This document shows, one piece after another, positions 61,198 to 64,000 of a stretch of DNA of 64,000 nt. Position 1 is the stretch's first letter; each line of letters starts with the position of its first letter. Both the position numbers and the translations under genes were made by a program. The DNA comes from Girardia tigrina (Eukaryota). The stretch spans positions 1 through 64,000 of the forward strand of contig MQRK01211884.1 of assembly GCA_001938485.1 (NCBI GenBank), read 5' to 3'. The notes below the pieces were generated by a model. The model ran no database searches. It was not told the DNA's origin and was given only the letters and a program-made list of their open reading frames with translations.

Positions 61198-62035
61198 TAT
61201 ATGTATAAGACAAATTTCAGTTAGTTTCCTTTTTATTTTTTTACGGGTTTAAAGCATTTTTACCTAAGTTATATAAACACGAACATTACCTTTTATTATG
61301 CAAACATAATAATTTATCCTTATTATTTACTTTTCTTACTTTATAGTTACAGAAAAATATCGCGCGTTTTTAAATTTAGTTTTTTGTAAAATTAGTTCTT
61401 TGAACTGTGGTGCACTCTTCTTTTAATCTTAGTGACTGTACGATTTGTTTACGAGTATTGCTTGTTCTACAATTTGTTCTACAAATTCACCAACTATCTG
61501 GCCGAAGTTTTGTGTTTGGAATTCTTTTCTATGATTATAGAAAGAACGATTTGTTAATCTTGGCAATTTTAGTTACATACAAAACTCAAAAATAAATTAC
61601 GTTCTTCAGATCACTGAAATTTCTCAGTCGAAAGTTTGAAAGAAAATAGGACTAGATGTTTGTGTACAGTTGATTTTGTTTTTGTGTATATATAAAGACA
61701 GGTTGTTTGGCTGTGGGACAGGGTGTCGTTTCGTTTATTGTACAAAGTAAATCGTGTAGGAAATGGTGGAAAGAAAATTGTTTGTTTCATTTATTGGTGT
61801 GAACAGTCAAATGAATTTGTTGCTCTTTTAATTTACAATTTTAATGAGATTCAATTGCTGTAAACAATAAATCATTCCAAGTGAGACAATTATCAAAAGA
61901 AAAAATTAACAAAATAATGAAATAAAACAATTCACAAAGATTTCATTTGTACTTTTATAATTTTCAGTTAATAAGTGTAATTTAATAAAGAATAATTTTA
62001 AAATTATTTTTTAATAAATTGTATTATATATTATA

Positions 62036-63494
62036 CATGGGTGGCCATAAGTCGCTTTACCCAGTTTTAATAATAATAAACACAAAATTCTAAATGATTT
62101 ATAAACAAAAAACAGATAAAATTTTTTGTTTTAATAATTATTTATTTAAANNNNNNNNNNNNNNNNNNNNNNNNNNNNNNNNNNNNNNNNNNNNNNNNNN
62201 CAAAATTCTAAATGATTTATAAACAAAAAACAGATAAAATTTTTTGTTTTAATAATTATTTATTTAAAAATTTTTAAAATTATTTCATTTTGTTCATTGT
62301 TGTTGGCAATATTGGCATGACATGACAATTAACACTTCAGCAACGAATTTTTATAGTAAAGCAGTGGATAAAGCATGATAGAAATTCAAGAGCTGTAGCT
62401 GCAGCATTTGCAAAAGAGTATCCTAATGACGCTCCTCCATCACNNNNNNNNNNNNNNNNNNNNNNNNNNNNNNNNNNNNNNNNNNNNNNNNNNNNNNNNN
62501 NNNNNNNNNNNNNNNNCCCTAACAATATGAATACCGATGAAAATAAAGAAAATGTTAGAACTTTCTATCAGAATGCGCCATCAACATCTGCAGTTCGTGT
62601 AAGTTTGCAGTTGCATATACCACGCACAAGTTTACGTAGAATAATGAAGGACATTGAGTTGAAAGTTTGGCGACCTCGTTTGGCAACCTCCATCAAATGA
62701 ATGATGACGATTATGACAGGCGCATAGAATTTTGCGAATGGTTGCAGCAACAACTGTATGAGAACATTGATATCAGGGACAGAATAATTTGGACCGATGA
62801 AGCTTCATTTAAGTTGAATGGTCACGTTAATTTGCATAATGCCGTGTATTACTCCACTGAGAATCCTCATCTGGTATGGGAGACCAACAATCTTTCTCCA
62901 GGAATTTGTCTGTGGGGAGGAATACGTTCAACTGGTGTGCTGGATACATACTTCTTTGATGGAAAGGTCAATTTTCAGCTATATCTCGACATGCTGCGTG
63001 ATTTTGCCTTACATCAGCTTGACACAGATAACGACGTTTGGATGCAAGACGGTACTCCCCCTCATTATGGTAGAAATGTACGCGACTTTTTGGATAACAC
63101 TTTTGAGATGTGGATCGGCAGGAGAGGAACCACTGAATGGCCTCCACGATCACCGGACCTGACACCTTGTGATTATTCAATGTGGGGTATTCTGAAGGAA
63201 CGCGTTTACTAACAAAATGTTCTAAACATATCCGAGTTGAAGGAAAGAATTACTACAGAATTTGCAGCCTTGAACAACGATAAAGACTTGTGCCGACGAA
63301 TCTGTCACTCTGTTCAGAGAAGAATCCAGTTATGTATTAAATCTGAAGGACAACACTTTGAAGATAAGATTTAATTGTTTTCAAGTTTTTGTTTTGAAAT
63401 TATTATTGTACGCTGATTAAATAAAAGTTGTATCATTTAGAATTTTGTGTTTATTATTATTAAAACTGGGTAAAGCGACTTATGGCCACCCCTG
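62036..63494 (+). mobile_element. rosa/Visitor-type Tc1-mariner (DD40D) with a disrupted ORF at ~62322-63374
   Basis: ~60-bp near-perfect TIRs, TA TSD, IIWTDEASF, WMQDGTPPH...WPPRSPDLTPCDY. Confidence 0.92.
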
Positions 63495-64000
63495 TATAAT
63501 GTTTATGATGCAAACAAATAGATAATTTATGTATATACAAATGTCAGTGTATGTGTTCATTCCAAAGATTTGTGTATTCTTAATTTTTTTGTTAATTCTT
63601 CATAAATTCTTGTTCCGTTAAGTTTCATTTATCAGAATGTTTTGGAAAAATTAACATTAATTTTTGGCAATTTGTTAGCTCTATTAAATTTACTTCTCAA
63701 TTGATCGTAGGAAAAATATTCCATAAATAATCTTCCCTTTGAAATCTCACATTATAGGAAAAAGAATGACAGAATAAAAGTTTCTATGAAACAACTTAAT
63801 TGTCGAAGAAAGAACATGAAAGAAATTTCAGAATCTTGACTGAAAACTGATTCTGATAAAAGTAAAGAATTCATTGAGATCAAACTCCGCATTGCATCCT
63901 TCTATCAAATGTTGCTTTGCTTTCATTCAAGAATTTCTAATAACTTAAATCAGATCTCATGTCGTAATTTCCTTGTCCAGTGGCAATCTGGTTCAAATAA

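Noticed and set aside
62083-62270. Direct repeat of ~68 bp either side of an N gap
   Set aside because: Exact duplication flanking a scaffold gap; most likely an unmerged contig overlap.

Overview
AT-rich eukaryotic (animal, probably invertebrate) genomic DNA with several N gaps. The window is dominated by the 5' half of one intron-rich + strand gene, a p90 ribosomal S6 kinase (RSK/RPS6KA1-3/6 family). I could splice it by hand from ATG 1912 through 11-12 exons to 48896, which covers the whole N-terminal kinase domain and the linker with the FRGFSYV hydrophobic motif. No C-terminal kinase domain exons were recognised before 64000. The introns are full of mobile DNA: Penelope-like retroelements (RT + GIY-YIG) carrying minimal hammerhead ribozymes, RTE-like LINE relics, mariner, Tc1 (DD35E), rosa/Visitor (DD40D), Chapaev3, Helitron-like repeats, MITEs and a Gypsy relic. 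Best leads: (1) a TSD-flanked 447-bp 5S-rRNA-derived SINE with a compensated 5S fold, an H-type pseudoknot and a GNRA hairpin; (2) an apparent non-canonical (GT-AA or GT-TG) in-frame intron in the RSK linker; (3) sense-strand hammerheads bracketing RSK exon 9; (4) candidate alternative RSK exons. All family assignments are from motif recognition, with no database searches.
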